The notes beneath the pieces were generated by a model. It searched no databases and was not told the DNA's origin. It was given only the letters and a program-made list of their open reading frames with translations. This document shows positions 40,801-50,444 of a DNA stretch of 64,000 nt, in pieces. This stretch comes from Cyanophyceae cyanobacterium. GTDB lineage: Bacteria > Cyanobacteriota > Cyanobacteriia > Cyanobacteriales > JBHJGN01. Each line of letters opens with the position of its first letter. The first letter of the stretch is position 1. The position numbers and the translations under genes were made by a program. The stretch is from the NCBI GenBank assembly GCA_050331735.1, contig JBHJGN010000008.1:25297-89296 (forward strand). The letters are read 5' to 3'.

Positions 40801-43402
40801 CGGCTACCTGCTGGCTTCCAGCCAGGGAGATAGCACCTTTGCACTCTACGAACGGGCAGGATTTAACCAGTATTTCGATAGCTTTGCCGTCGGCGACGCT
40901 AACGGCATTGATGGGGCAGAAGAGTCCGATGGCGCAGACGTGACCAACGTTCCCCTGGGTGAGGAGTTTCCTGACGGGCTATTTGTGACTCAAGACGGCG
41001 CGAACGAACCTGCCGCCGTCCTTCAAGACCCTGAAGATGGCGAAATTCAGAACTTTAACACCAACTTCAAGTACGTTGACTTTGCAGACATTGCTAAAAC
41101 CTCAGAACTCGTAGAAGTAGATACCGCTAGCTTCGACCCGCGCACCCCCATACCGATGTCCTTGGTTAACGGTGTCGCTAGCGGCGATACCACTCAGGAT
41201 TCTACCGTTCTCTGGGCCCGCAGCACGTTTCCGGGTGAAGTCACCTTTGAATACTCCACAGAGGCTGATTTCAGTTTCATTGCCGGAACAGCCACTGCTA
41301 CGGTCGATAATCCGGATGTCCCGGTTAAGGTTAACCTGGACAACCTAGAGCCAGATACCCAATACTTTTATCGCGTCACCGATGCCGCCGGAGCCACCGC
41401 CAATGGCGAGTTTGAGACGGCAGCAGAACTAGGATCTCAAACTGGCTTTCGCTTTGGGGCCACGGGAGACTGGCAGCAGGCTCCACCCTATCCCTCGCTC
41501 AAGAATGCGGACGAGCGCGACCTAGAGCTATTTGTCAAGCTGGGAGACACCATTTTTGCAGATGCGGAAACCCCGGCGCTTCCAGGAGTAACTCAGGCAC
41601 GCACCCTGAATGAGTTTCGCACCAAACAGGCAGAAGTCCTTTCCACGCGCTTCGAGCTCAATACTGTTCCCGAACTGTATGCTTCGACCTCCATTCTCTC
41701 CTCCATTGACGACCACGAGTTAGTCGATAATTTTGCTGGCGGTGCGGCTCCGGGAGAATCTCCTGATGCCCCAGATATCGGCTCTTCGACCGAGCCTTTG
41801 TTTACGGATGATGTCGAGTTTGTTAACGACACCCAAGCTTACGAAGCGGCTCTCCAGGCCTTTCAGGAATATCATCCCCTGCGCGACGAGTTCTACGGCG
41901 ACACCGGAGAGGAGCGCACCGCTAACGAGCGGCAGCTCTATCGCTACAACAACTACGGAAGCGATGCGGCGGTAATTGTCCTCGACAGTCGCTCTTTCCG
42001 GGACGACCAGCTTGAACCAGCAGACCTGAGCAATCCGGCTCCCTTTTTGGCTCAAACCTTCGACCCAAGCCGCACTCTGTTAGGAGAAGCGCAGCTAGAA
42101 CTGGTTAAAGCAGACCTGCTTCAGGCCGAGGAGAGCGGCGTGACCTGGAAGTTTGTCGTCATTCCTGAACCGATTCAAAATTTTGGTCCTTTAGGATCTG
42201 AAGATCGCTTTGAAGGCTACGCCGCCGAGCGCACCGAGCTGCTCAAGTTCATCGACGACAACGAGATCGATAATGTTGTCTTTATGGCCGGAGACTTCCA
42301 CGGCACCCTGGTTAATAACCTTACCTATCAGCTTGGTCCCGGTCAGGAGCAAATTGCCACGGATGCCTTTGAGATCGTCACGGGTCCGGCTGCCTTCTTT
42401 GATGGTTTGTTTGGTCCAACCCTGGTGAATATCGCGGCGGGGGCGGGTCTTCTCAGTCCAGAAGAAGTGGCCTTTTATGAATCTCTCCCGGTGGCTGGCG
42501 ATGCGGATAGCGTTGTCGATGACAGGGATGATTTTGTCAAGCAGTTAATCAACGATGGCCTGCCTCCGTTTGGCTACGATCCCCTGGGTTTAGACGACAA
42601 TCTCGGTATCGCTGACAGCTTGATTGATGCCACGTTACTTGAAGGGGACTACGTATCTACCCATACCTTCGGCTGGACGGAGTTTGATATTGCTCCAGAC
42701 ACCCAAAAGCTGACGGTGACCACCTACGGCATCGATCCCTACAGCGAAGCAGAATTGCTAGCTAATCCAGAGGAGATTACCAGTCGGGAACCGCGCATTG
42801 TTAGTCAGTTCGAGGTCAATCCGAGCGAGACGCCTACCGGAGAAACGATCGTAGGGGATGAGAGCGACGAGAGCCTGAGCGGTTCTGGCAGCGATGACCT
42901 GATTGCAGGCGGCTTCGGCAACGACGAAATCGACGGCGGTGATGGCGATGACGTGCTGCGAGGCGATCGCAACAGCCGTTCTCCCGGCGGCACGATGGGC
43001 GGTGACGACACCCTTATAGGTAGCGCAGGCGACGATAGATTGGGCGGCAAAGGCGGCAACGACGACCTCTTTGGGGGCGCAGGCGTTGATACCCTGTATG
43101 GGGACGATGGCGACGATTTGCTGCGCGGTGGTGCAGGCGACGACATCCTTCAGGGCGATGACTTCTCCGGTGGCGAGGGGAGCGACACCTTTGTGCTAGC
43201 GGCAGGCGAAGGCACGGATACCATTGTTGACTTTGAAGTGGGGATCGACTTCATTGGTCTCGCCGATGGGTTGAGCTTCGCTCAGCTAGCGATCTCTCCA
43301 GACGGCAGCAATAGTGCGATCGCCCTCGGCAATGACACGCTGGCGATCGTCAACGGAGTAGACGGTAGTACTCTCACAGAAGCAGCATTTGTCGTTGTTT
43401 AA
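37856..43402 (+). CDS. Secreted multi-domain phosphatase: EEP + phytase-like + beta-propeller phytase + PhoD + RTX tail
   Basis: RLSSKSHWD/HPTPP/GDQNAD/SDH; GGLSG/SDDR/DPEG/VSDNNF; DDPAI/YNNVD/EG/SSQG/QDG; GVASGD/DDHE/GDFH; GGxGxD repeats. Confidence 0.9.
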   Translation: MVTVDSTRFSQFNVSLFRNEAGELNEDLSTPDNEQIQNVAEIIQRTNPDVLLVNEFDYDPNGTAAALFQENYLSVSQNGVDPVEYPYVYLAPSNTGIPSNFDLDNNGEVVTTPGEPGYGNDAFGFGNFPGQFAMVLYSKFPIVEDEVRTFQTFLWQDMPNSLLPEDFYSEAEQEVFRLSSKSHWDVPIDINGEVVHVLASHPTPPVFDGDEDRNGRRNHDEIRFWADYVTPGAGDYIYDDAGNTGGLAAGERFVIMGDQNADPFDGDDTDDASLQLLDNPQINITTTPASAGGPDAAERQNAINDEHLGNPALDTADFSEPSPGNLRADYVLPSQNLEITDAEVFWLPDEDPLFAELLDVDPENLFNGFRSSDHRLVYVDVLATDGVADRQTVTDIELIGEVTFETGFQFANTEVGGLSGMTYDPSNQVYYALSDDRSMNNDARFYTLDIDVSDGSLDEGDVSFNEVTTLLNEDGEPFPVGGVDPEGIAYSSIGSLYISSEGDASALLAPFVNEFSLNTGELINELPVPDKFLPTTDSGIQNNRAFESLTITPDNRTLYTATEGSLLQDGAEEGPVRILRYDLTTDEPGKEFAYFLDEDVAGNGLVELLALDNTGTLLSLERGFSPEIGNTLRLFEVQLQNTTDISDFDSILSEEGEPFDIDAVAEKTLLLDFNELGIELDNSEALAFGPTLPDGRQSLFVVSDNNFNDAQFTQFLAFALDLETIPAVAPSVETPSLLRYDPENPEEEVFDSDDPAIYVHPDNPAQSFVITALKNGGFGVYDLEGQELQLETPEEIRYNNVDLIYDFELAGETVDLAVFSDRANDTLAIYSIDPDTRQITNVTGDVPETIFGVDDGEQTAYGLATYTSPVSGAEYAFVSQSDGNQVAQLELVADGDTVAAEVVRSFAVPVPEGEDIEDGQVEGMVVDRELGYLYVGQEGFGIYKYYAEPDAGNDGLLIDVAGGDNLVADIEGLTIYYGADGNGYLLASSQGDSTFALYERAGFNQYFDSFAVGDANGIDGAEESDGADVTNVPLGEEFPDGLFVTQDGANEPAAVLQDPEDGEIQNFNTNFKYVDFADIAKTSELVEVDTASFDPRTPIPMSLVNGVASGDTTQDSTVLWARSTFPGEVTFEYSTEADFSFIAGTATATVDNPDVPVKVNLDNLEPDTQYFYRVTDAAGATANGEFETAAELGSQTGFRFGATGDWQQAPPYPSLKNADERDLELFVKLGDTIFADAETPALPGVTQARTLNEFRTKQAEVLSTRFELNTVPELYASTSILSSIDDHELVDNFAGGAAPGESPDAPDIGSSTEPLFTDDVEFVNDTQAYEAALQAFQEYHPLRDEFYGDTGEERTANERQLYRYNNYGSDAAVIVLDSRSFRDDQLEPADLSNPAPFLAQTFDPSRTLLGEAQLELVKADLLQAEESGVTWKFVVIPEPIQNFGPLGSEDRFEGYAAERTELLKFIDDNEIDNVVFMAGDFHGTLVNNLTYQLGPGQEQIATDAFEIVTGPAAFFDGLFGPTLVNIAAGAGLLSPEEVAFYESLPVAGDADSVVDDRDDFVKQLINDGLPPFGYDPLGLDDNLGIADSLIDATLLEGDYVSTHTFGWTEFDIAPDTQKLTVTTYGIDPYSEAELLANPEEITSREPRIVSQFEVNPSETPTGETIVGDESDESLSGSGSDDLIAGGFGNDEIDGGDGDDVLRGDRNSRSPGGTMGGDDTLIGSAGDDRLGGKGGNDDLFGGAGVDTLYGDDGDDLLRGGAGDDILQGDDFSGGEGSDTFVLAAGEGTDTIVDFEVGIDFIGLADGLSFAQLAISPDGSNSAIALGNDTLAIVNGVDGSTLTEAAFVVV

Positions 43403-43531
43403 TCCATTGGCAGGAGACTTTATCACGGGATCTCCTTCCTCATCAGACAATCGTTCTTTGTCGTTTAAAGATTTGGTAAAGATTGGCCCCTAAGTTTGAA
43501 GATTGCACAAAGACGGCGATTTACCGTTATT

Positions 43532-43571
43532 TTTAAACTCCGCTTTACCCGTCCTTTACCTGGCTTAACAA
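43532..43571 (+). promoter_or_regulatory. Putative cyanobacterial Pho box (SphR/PhoB site)
   Basis: TTTAAACT-ccg-CTTTACCC-gtc-CTTTACCT-gg-CTTAACAA: YTTAAYYW-like repeats at 11-bp period upstream of a phosphatase gene. Confidence 0.65.
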
Positions 43572-43602
43572 GGAAATCCAGTACAGTAATTTTGGCCACA
43601 GC

Positions 43603-43813
43603 AGGGGAAGCGCCGCAGGCGCAGGGAAAAGGGTAAGGGGGAAAGGGGAAAGGGAGTCATGATTCAGTTTGTTCCTTCACTCTGTGTTCTCTCCCCGTCG
43701 CCGAGCGACTTTTTCCCTTTCCCCGTCCCGCACCGGACAGTTTCCCCCTTCCCCGTCGCGCAGCGACAGTTTCCCCGTTCCGCAGGAACTATTTTCCCCG
43801 TCGCGTCAGCGAC
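43603..43813. repeat. Second large purine/pyrimidine tract with mini-hairpin array
   Basis: GCGCC-gca-GGCGC in the purine tract, then five TCCCC-GT...AC hairpin units. Confidence 0.85.
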
Positions 43814-43860
43814 ATCATTAGAGTTGATTTTTAGCGGTACGCAGCAATATTAGGAGGAAT

Positions 43861-46800
43861 TTGGTGACTATTTTAGAAAAAATCGGGAGCTTGACCAGCG
43901 AGATCGGAGCGGAGATTAGTGCTTACGATCCGGCTACTGAAAGACTATTCGTTGTTTCTGGCGATACAGAAGTTCAGGTTATCAGCTTGAGCGATCCGAC
44001 TGCTCCGCAACTGGTAAGCACTATCAGTATTGCTGAACTGGGAGCAGGAGCGAACAGCATTGCGGTGCAGGATGGGCTGGTGGCAGTTGCCGTTGAAGCC
44101 GCTCCGGCGACTGACCCGGGAACCGTGGCTTTCTTTGATACCGACGGCGACTTTCTTACTGCCGTTGAAGTGGGTGCCCTGCCGGATATGGTGACCTTTA
44201 CCCCCGACGGAAGCCAGGTGCTGGTGGCTAACGAAGGCGAACCGGATGAGGGAGTTGATCCAGAAGGCTCCGTCAGCATTATCAATGTCGATAACTTCGG
44301 CGTGACCACCGCAGACTTCAGCGCCTTTAACGGCAGCGAAGCAGCCTTGCGGGAAGAAGGCGTACGCATTTTCCCTGACGTAGCGGTAGCAGAGGACTTA
44401 GAGCCAGAATTTATTGCCGTTGCTCCCGACGGCAGCACCGCGTTTGTCGTTCTCCAGGAAAATAGCTCCTTTGGAGTGGTCGATATTGATGCTGCGACGG
44501 TAACGGATATTGTTCCGCTCGGAGTGAAAGATCATTCCGAAGCCGGTAATGCCTTAGATGCCAGTGATGAAGATGGCGGAATTAACATAGAGAACTATCC
44601 GGTGGTCGGACTGTATATGCCTGACGGGATTGCCGCCTATACAGCAGAAGGCATCACCTACTATGTCACTGGCAACGAAGGCGATGCCCGTGATGAGGAC
44701 GCATCCATCGGCGAGCTAGAACTGGACCCAATCGCTTTCCCTAATGCAGAAGAGCTGCAAGCTGATGAAAATCTCGGTCGCCTGGAGGTGTCTACCATCG
44801 ACGGAGACTTAGACGGTGATGGCGACTTCGACCAGCTCTTTGCCTATGGGGCTCGCTCGTTCTCGATTTGGGATGAGGAGGGGAATTTAGTCTTCGATAG
44901 CGGTGACGACTTCGAGCAGATTACCGCCGAACAGATTCCCGACATCTTCAATTCCGATGACGAAGGAATACCGGAGGAGACATTCGACGAGCGCAGCGAT
45001 AACAAAGGACCAGAACCCGAAGGGGTCACGGTGGGAGAAATCAGCGATCGCACCTATGCCTTTATCGGACTAGAGCGCGTGGGCGGCGTGATGGTATACG
45101 AGGTCACCAATCCTGAAACTCCTCAATTTGTCCAGTATCTCCCCAACCCCGAAGGAGACCAAAGCCCAGAAGGACTCACCTTTATTTCCGCCGAGGCTAG
45201 CCCCACTGAAGAGCCGCTGCTGGTGGTAACAAACGAGATCAGCAGCACCGTATCGGTGTTTGCCGTCGAGCCGGGGGTCCGCATCAGCGAGATTCAGGGA
45301 GCCGGTCAGTCGTCTCCGCTTGAAGGCGAAGCCGTCACCGACGTTCCCGGTATTGTTACGGCAGTAGACAGCAACGGCTTCTACTTCCAAGACCCCAATC
45401 CCGACGATAACGTGGCCACCTCTGAGGGGCTATTTGTCTTCACTGGTTCCGAACCTACCGTCAGCGTTGGCGATGAAGTCTCCGTATCCGGGACGGTCTC
45501 CGAGTTTATCCCCGGTGGAGCAGATACGGGTAACCTGTCCATTACCCAAATCAGCGGCGATCCTGACGTGACCGTTCTCTCCAGCGACAATTCTCTCCCC
45601 GATCCGGTTATTTTGGGTACAGATGGTCGCGTCCCGCCGAACCGCGTTATCGACAATGACCAGGATACTCTCTACAACGTCCTCGAAGGGGAAGGAGACT
45701 TTGAACCAGGGGAAGACGGCTTAGACTTCTACGAAACCGTCGAAGGAATGCGAGTAACGGTTCAGGAGGCTCGCGCGGTTTCTGGAACTAACCGCTTTGG
45801 GGAAATCTTTACCGTAGCTAATAACGGCGACAGCGCTACTGGGTTAAGCGATCGCGGCACGATTAATATCGGTCCGAACGACTTCAATCCCGAGCGCATT
45901 CAGGTGGATGATGACTCGACGGTTAGTCCGCAAGATACACCGCTGGTGGACGTGGGGGCAGAACTAGGCGATGTTACTGGAGTAGTGAGCTACAGCTTTG
46001 GTAATTTTGAAATTCTGGCTACCGAAGAATTTGAGCCAACCCCTTCTGACCTAGAGCCAGAAACCACAAATATAGAAGGAAACGGCGAACTAACCGTTGC
46101 CAGCTACAACGTCCTCAACCTCGATCCAGTCATCGAAGACCCAGCTTTGACTGAAGATGGAGAGGATGATGTCGATGATGACGTGGGCGAGGGTCGCTTT
46201 GCCACCATTGCTGAGCAAATTGTTGACAATCTGGCGACACCCGACATTGTAGCCCTCCAAGAAATTCAGGATAACAACGGCGCTGAAATTACCGATGTAG
46301 TCGCCGCAGACGAAACCTTGCAGTTGCTCGTTGACGAAATTGCGGCCATTAGCGACATCAACTACGAGTTCATCGATAACCCCTTTATCGGTAATGAAAC
46401 CAGCGGCGGTCAACCCGGTGGCAACATTCGCACCGCCTACCTGTACAATCCAGAACGGGTCGATTTCGTGGAAGGCTCCCTCGATCCTGTTACCGATCCC
46501 GAAGACCAGCAAACCAACCCCGATAATCCCTTCTTCGACAGCCGTCTGCCCCTCGCGGCCACTTTTGAGTTTGATGGCGAGGAAATCACTCTCGTTAATA
46601 ACCACTTCAGCTCCAAAGGCGGCAGTTCTCCGCTGTTTGGTCAACTCCAGCCCGCTACCGAGCTTCAGGAAAACCCCGAAATCAACGGCAGTTTGGACGA
46701 ACGCCGCGACCAAGCGCAAGCGGTCAAGGATTTTGTTGACGATATCTTGGCAGCAGATCCGGGGGCAAACGTATCCGTGTTGGGAGACCTCAACGAGTTT

Positions 46801-47634
46801 GAGTTTATTTCTCCCTTGGAAACTCTTGAAGAGAGCCTCAATAACCTCACCGAAACTCTTCCTCCCAACGAGCGCTACACCTTCATCTTCCAGGGGAACT
46901 CTCAGTCTCTCGACCATATCCTGGTCAGCGACAGCCTTTTCCCCTCCGCCGACTTTGATATCGTTCACGTCAACGTGGAGTTTGCGGAAACCCCTCAAAC
47001 CGCTAGCGATCACGAACCGCTGTTGGCTCGTCTCGACCTCGGCGCGGGGGCGGTTCCCGGCACAGCCGCCGATGATGTCCTTGTCGGCACGGAAGCCGAT
47101 GAAACCCTCTTAGCGGGCAGCGGTGACGATCTGGTGGCTGGCGGCTTAGGCAACGATCAGATCTTCGGCTCAGACAGAGATGACGTGCTGCGGGGAGACC
47201 TCAACAGCCGCGATCCGCAGGTCGGCATTGGCGGCGACGACACCATCTTCGGCGGTGCAGGCAACGATCGCCTGGGTGGTAAAGGCGGCGACGACGACCT
47301 CTTTGGTGATGCAGGTGACGACACCCTCTTCGGCGATGACGGGGACGATCTCCTGCGCGGCGGTGCAGGCGATGATCGCCTCCAGGGAGATGACTTCTCC
47401 GGCGGCGAGGGCAGCGACACCTTTGTGCTGGCTCCTGGGGAAGGAACTGATACCGTTGTTGACTTTGAAGTGGGGATCGACTCGCTCGGCTTAGCAGAAG
47501 GTCTGGGCTTCGACCAGGTGGCCATTAGTCAGAATGGCAGTGGCGCGGCGATCGCTTTCAATAACGAGACGCTGGCTATTCTGGCTGGCATTAGTGCCGA
47601 TGCTCTTACAGAAGCTGACTTTACGGTAATTTAG
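43861..47634 (+). CDS. Secreted protein: choice-of-anchor I beta-propeller (alkaline phosphatase-associated) + ExeM/NucH-like EEP nuclease + RTX tail
   Basis: GALPDM, ANEGEP, EPE, GARSFSI, RSDNKGPEPEG; ISEIQG OB-fold; YNVLNL, QEIQD, NHFSSK, GDLN, LDH, SDH; GGxGxD repeats. Confidence 0.9.
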   Translation: MVTILEKIGSLTSEIGAEISAYDPATERLFVVSGDTEVQVISLSDPTAPQLVSTISIAELGAGANSIAVQDGLVAVAVEAAPATDPGTVAFFDTDGDFLTAVEVGALPDMVTFTPDGSQVLVANEGEPDEGVDPEGSVSIINVDNFGVTTADFSAFNGSEAALREEGVRIFPDVAVAEDLEPEFIAVAPDGSTAFVVLQENSSFGVVDIDAATVTDIVPLGVKDHSEAGNALDASDEDGGINIENYPVVGLYMPDGIAAYTAEGITYYVTGNEGDARDEDASIGELELDPIAFPNAEELQADENLGRLEVSTIDGDLDGDGDFDQLFAYGARSFSIWDEEGNLVFDSGDDFEQITAEQIPDIFNSDDEGIPEETFDERSDNKGPEPEGVTVGEISDRTYAFIGLERVGGVMVYEVTNPETPQFVQYLPNPEGDQSPEGLTFISAEASPTEEPLLVVTNEISSTVSVFAVEPGVRISEIQGAGQSSPLEGEAVTDVPGIVTAVDSNGFYFQDPNPDDNVATSEGLFVFTGSEPTVSVGDEVSVSGTVSEFIPGGADTGNLSITQISGDPDVTVLSSDNSLPDPVILGTDGRVPPNRVIDNDQDTLYNVLEGEGDFEPGEDGLDFYETVEGMRVTVQEARAVSGTNRFGEIFTVANNGDSATGLSDRGTINIGPNDFNPERIQVDDDSTVSPQDTPLVDVGAELGDVTGVVSYSFGNFEILATEEFEPTPSDLEPETTNIEGNGELTVASYNVLNLDPVIEDPALTEDGEDDVDDDVGEGRFATIAEQIVDNLATPDIVALQEIQDNNGAEITDVVAADETLQLLVDEIAAISDINYEFIDNPFIGNETSGGQPGGNIRTAYLYNPERVDFVEGSLDPVTDPEDQQTNPDNPFFDSRLPLAATFEFDGEEITLVNNHFSSKGGSSPLFGQLQPATELQENPEINGSLDERRDQAQAVKDFVDDILAADPGANVSVLGDLNEFEFISPLETLEESLNNLTETLPPNERYTFIFQGNSQSLDHILVSDSLFPSADFDIVHVNVEFAETPQTASDHEPLLARLDLGAGAVPGTAADDVLVGTEADETLLAGSGDDLVAGGLGNDQIFGSDRDDVLRGDLNSRDPQVGIGGDDTIFGGAGNDRLGGKGGDDDLFGDAGDDTLFGDDGDDLLRGGAGDDRLQGDDFSGGEGSDTFVLAPGEGTDTVVDFEVGIDSLGLAEGLGFDQVAISQNGSGAAIAFNNETLAILAGISADALTEADFTVI

Positions 47635-47648
47635 CCCTAAGCCAAATA

Positions 47649-47684
47649 GACAAAGGGGGCGGCGAATCGCTGCCCCCTTTTGTC
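47649..47684 (+). terminator. Intrinsic terminator
   Basis: GACAAAGGGGGCGGCGA-A-TCGCTGCCCCCTTTTGTC hairpin after the stop codon. Confidence 0.8.
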
Positions 47685-47880
47685 ATAAAAACAGCTTCAA
47701 GCAATGAGTAGCCGATTGATTTCCATCTCCATATTGGGAAAAGCAGCGGGTTCAATGACTCCGGCAGTCAGTTCAGAGCAGTTTTGATAATGCTCGCCTT
47801 TGGCCTTAAATACTAGCTGGCGATCGCCTTTCCTCTGAACATAGTCCAGTACACTAAAACTAGGAAACGGACGTGCGGCT

Positions 47881-48591
47881 ATGATTTCTACCCATCCGAC
47901 AATTTTCTATCCCAGTGCTGACGGCGAACCTGTAGCTGAAACCTTTGACCATCTCTACGTCCTGTTAGTGACTCTAGAAGGATTGCGTCAGTATCTCAGC
48001 GATCGCCAAGCGACAGTACTGGGCAATCAGTTCCTCTATTACGCTCAGGGCTATCCCCGGCTGCGAATTGCTCCTGACGTGATGGCGATCTTCGATGTGG
48101 CCCCCGGAGGGCGAGACAATTACAAAATCTGGGAAGAAGGACAGGTTCCCGCCGTCATCTTCGAGATCACCTCGACCTCAACCAGGAACCAGGATGAGGG
48201 CTTTAAAAAAACGCTTTACGAACAGCTTGGCGTTCAGGAATACTGGCAATTCGACCCGAAAGGGGAATGGATTGCAGAGCAGTTGCGGGGCGATCGCCTC
48301 TATCGAGACACCTATGAACCCATCACCGACAGTCAGAGCGAACCATTACAGCTCCGATTAGCAGTGCAAGGGAAACTAATTGGTTTCTATCGACTGGATA
48401 CGGGGGAAAAACTGTTAATCCCTGACGAACTCGCCCAAGCCCTGCGTCAAGAAACCCTCGCTCGTCAGCAGGCCGAGGAACGAGCGGCCCAAGCTGAGGC
48501 TCAAGCTGAGCAAGATCGCCAACGAGCAGATGCCCTCGCTCAACAGCTCGAACGCTACCGACAACGCTTTGGTGAATTCTCGGATGAGTAG
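47881..48591 (+). CDS. Uma2-family (DUF820) putative endonuclease
   Basis: DGEPVAET, APDV, FEITS, LGVQEYWQFDP, AEQ-rich coiled tail. Confidence 0.92.
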   Translation: MISTHPTIFYPSADGEPVAETFDHLYVLLVTLEGLRQYLSDRQATVLGNQFLYYAQGYPRLRIAPDVMAIFDVAPGGRDNYKIWEEGQVPAVIFEITSTSTRNQDEGFKKTLYEQLGVQEYWQFDPKGEWIAEQLRGDRLYRDTYEPITDSQSEPLQLRLAVQGKLIGFYRLDTGEKLLIPDELAQALRQETLARQQAEERAAQAEAQAEQDRQRADALAQQLERYRQRFGEFSDE

Positions 48592-48669
48592 CAACAAACT
48601 TCTGACGTGAAGTTAGGGAAAAGGGGAAGGGGGAAAGGGGATGGCTTGTTTAGCTCGGCAAGAGGATTA

Positions 48670-50262
48670 ATGAATCATAATTTATTAGATTATCCCTACT
48701 CTTCCCAACGGCGCGTTGTCTTGGGAAAGCATGGGGCTGTCGCGACGAGTCAATCTCTGGCTACTCTTGCCGGGATGGAAATGTTTTGGGCGGGAGGAAA
48801 CGCGGTCGATGCGGCGATTGCAACTGCGATCGCGCTCACGGTGGTAGAACCAACCTCTAACGGCATTGGCGGCGATGCGTTTGCCCTCGTCTGGGATGGC
48901 AAGCTTCACGGACTGAATGCTTCTGGCAAAAGCCCCCAGGCAATGAGCCGCGATCGCTATGCGGGGTTAGAATCTGTGCCTGAATTAGGCTGGCGAGCGG
49001 TGACAGTGCCGGGGGCAGTGTCGGCGTGGCGGGTTCTGTGGGAACGGTGGGGCAAGCTGCCCTTTGAGCAGCTATTTGCCCCGGCTATTCGCTACGCTCA
49101 AGAGGGGTTTCCGGTGTCTCCCGTGACGGCAGCGGCGTGGCAACGAGCCGAAACTACCTATTTACCCCTTACTGGTCCCCAGTTTTCCCCGTTTAAAGCG
49201 GTGTTTTTTCCCCAAGGACGCGCTCCTAATGCGGGAGAAATCTGGGCTAGTCCCGCTCACGGGCAAACTCTCCAGGAAATTGCCAACAGTGGGGGAAATA
49301 GTTTTTATCGAGGCCAGCTAGCTCAGGCGATCGCTGAGTTTGCGGCAGAAACGGGAGGCTTGCTTACCTTAGCCGATCTCGCCAATCACGAATCGCTCTG
49401 GGTAGAGCCAATTTCAATTCAATACCGTCAGTTCCGGGTATGGGAGATGCCCCCAAACACCCAAGGAATCGCGGCGTTGATGGCGCTCAATATTTTAGAG
49501 GGCTTTGATATTGCAGCTACCCCTCGCGAATCGGCTGTCAGCTATCATCGCCAAATCGAAGCGATGAAGCTGGCGTTTGCTGACGTATACCGTCACGTTG
49601 CCGACCCAGACTTTATGACAGTATCGGGGGAACAGCTTTTAGATACCGCCTATGCCGCTCAGCGCCGAGAATTAATTCAACACCGAGCCAGTTCTAGAGC
49701 ACTGCCGGGACTCGCCACAGGAGGAACGGTTTATCTAGCAACAGCGGATGAGGAGCTGATGGTTTCGTTGATTCAGTCTAACTACAATGGCTTTGGCAGC
49801 GGCCTTCTCGTTCCCGGTACAGGCATTGCTCTGCACAATCGCGGGTCCGGCTTTACCCTCGCCGCCGGACATCCCAATCAGCTCGCCCCCGGCAAACGTC
49901 CCTTCCACACCCTCATTCCCGGGTTTCTAACCCAAGGTGATCGCCCAGTGGGTCCATTCGGAGTGATGGGCGCACCGATGCAGCCCCAGGGCCATCTCCA
50001 GGTCGTGGTTAACCTGGTAGACTACGGCCTCAATCCCCAAGCGGCGTTAGATGCTCCGCGCTGGCGATTTGTCGAGAGCGATCGCGTTTTAGTAGAGTCG
50101 GGGGTTTCCTCGGCCATTATTCAGAAATTGCGCGATCGCGATCACGATATCCAAATAGCTCCTCCAACCCTGTTCGGGAAGGGGCAGATTATTCTACGAC
50201 AGAACGGAACCTTGGTCGCTGCCTCTGAACCGAGAGCAGATGGAATAGCGCTCGCGTACTGA
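48670..50262 (+). CDS. ggt: Gamma-glutamyltransferase family protein
   Basis: GGNAVDAAIA, GIGGD, VTVPGAV, GTVYL nucleophile Thr, PGKRPFHT, GVMG, EPRADG. Confidence 0.93.
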   Translation: MNHNLLDYPYSSQRRVVLGKHGAVATSQSLATLAGMEMFWAGGNAVDAAIATAIALTVVEPTSNGIGGDAFALVWDGKLHGLNASGKSPQAMSRDRYAGLESVPELGWRAVTVPGAVSAWRVLWERWGKLPFEQLFAPAIRYAQEGFPVSPVTAAAWQRAETTYLPLTGPQFSPFKAVFFPQGRAPNAGEIWASPAHGQTLQEIANSGGNSFYRGQLAQAIAEFAAETGGLLTLADLANHESLWVEPISIQYRQFRVWEMPPNTQGIAALMALNILEGFDIAATPRESAVSYHRQIEAMKLAFADVYRHVADPDFMTVSGEQLLDTAYAAQRRELIQHRASSRALPGLATGGTVYLATADEELMVSLIQSNYNGFGSGLLVPGTGIALHNRGSGFTLAAGHPNQLAPGKRPFHTLIPGFLTQGDRPVGPFGVMGAPMQPQGHLQVVVNLVDYGLNPQAALDAPRWRFVESDRVLVESGVSSAIIQKLRDRDHDIQIAPPTLFGKGQIILRQNGTLVAASEPRADGIALAY

Positions 50263-50444
50263 ATCGCGTGAGAGATCAGTTTGCAACTGAAGTTAGAAGC
50301 CTGAATTGTTAGGGCTGCTCACGGCCCTCCTTCTCTCCCTCTGCCGCTAAAATTTAGATGGATCGAGAATTTAATGACGACGGGCTACTTGAATCAAAAG
50401 AGTCTGCGTTTGTTAACTTGCCATGCCCTGCTCCCTATCTTCCC

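Noticed and set aside
43691..43813. Hairpin array as a CRISPR array
   Set aside because: Units are only ~20-30 nt, repeats are not identical, there are no unique 30-40-nt spacers and no cas genes
46090..47113. Long alternative-frame and antisense ORFs (307 aa, 260 aa) inside the nuclease gene
   Set aside because: Explained by codon bias of the host gene; no recognisable motifs. The same applies to the other nested ORFs in the track
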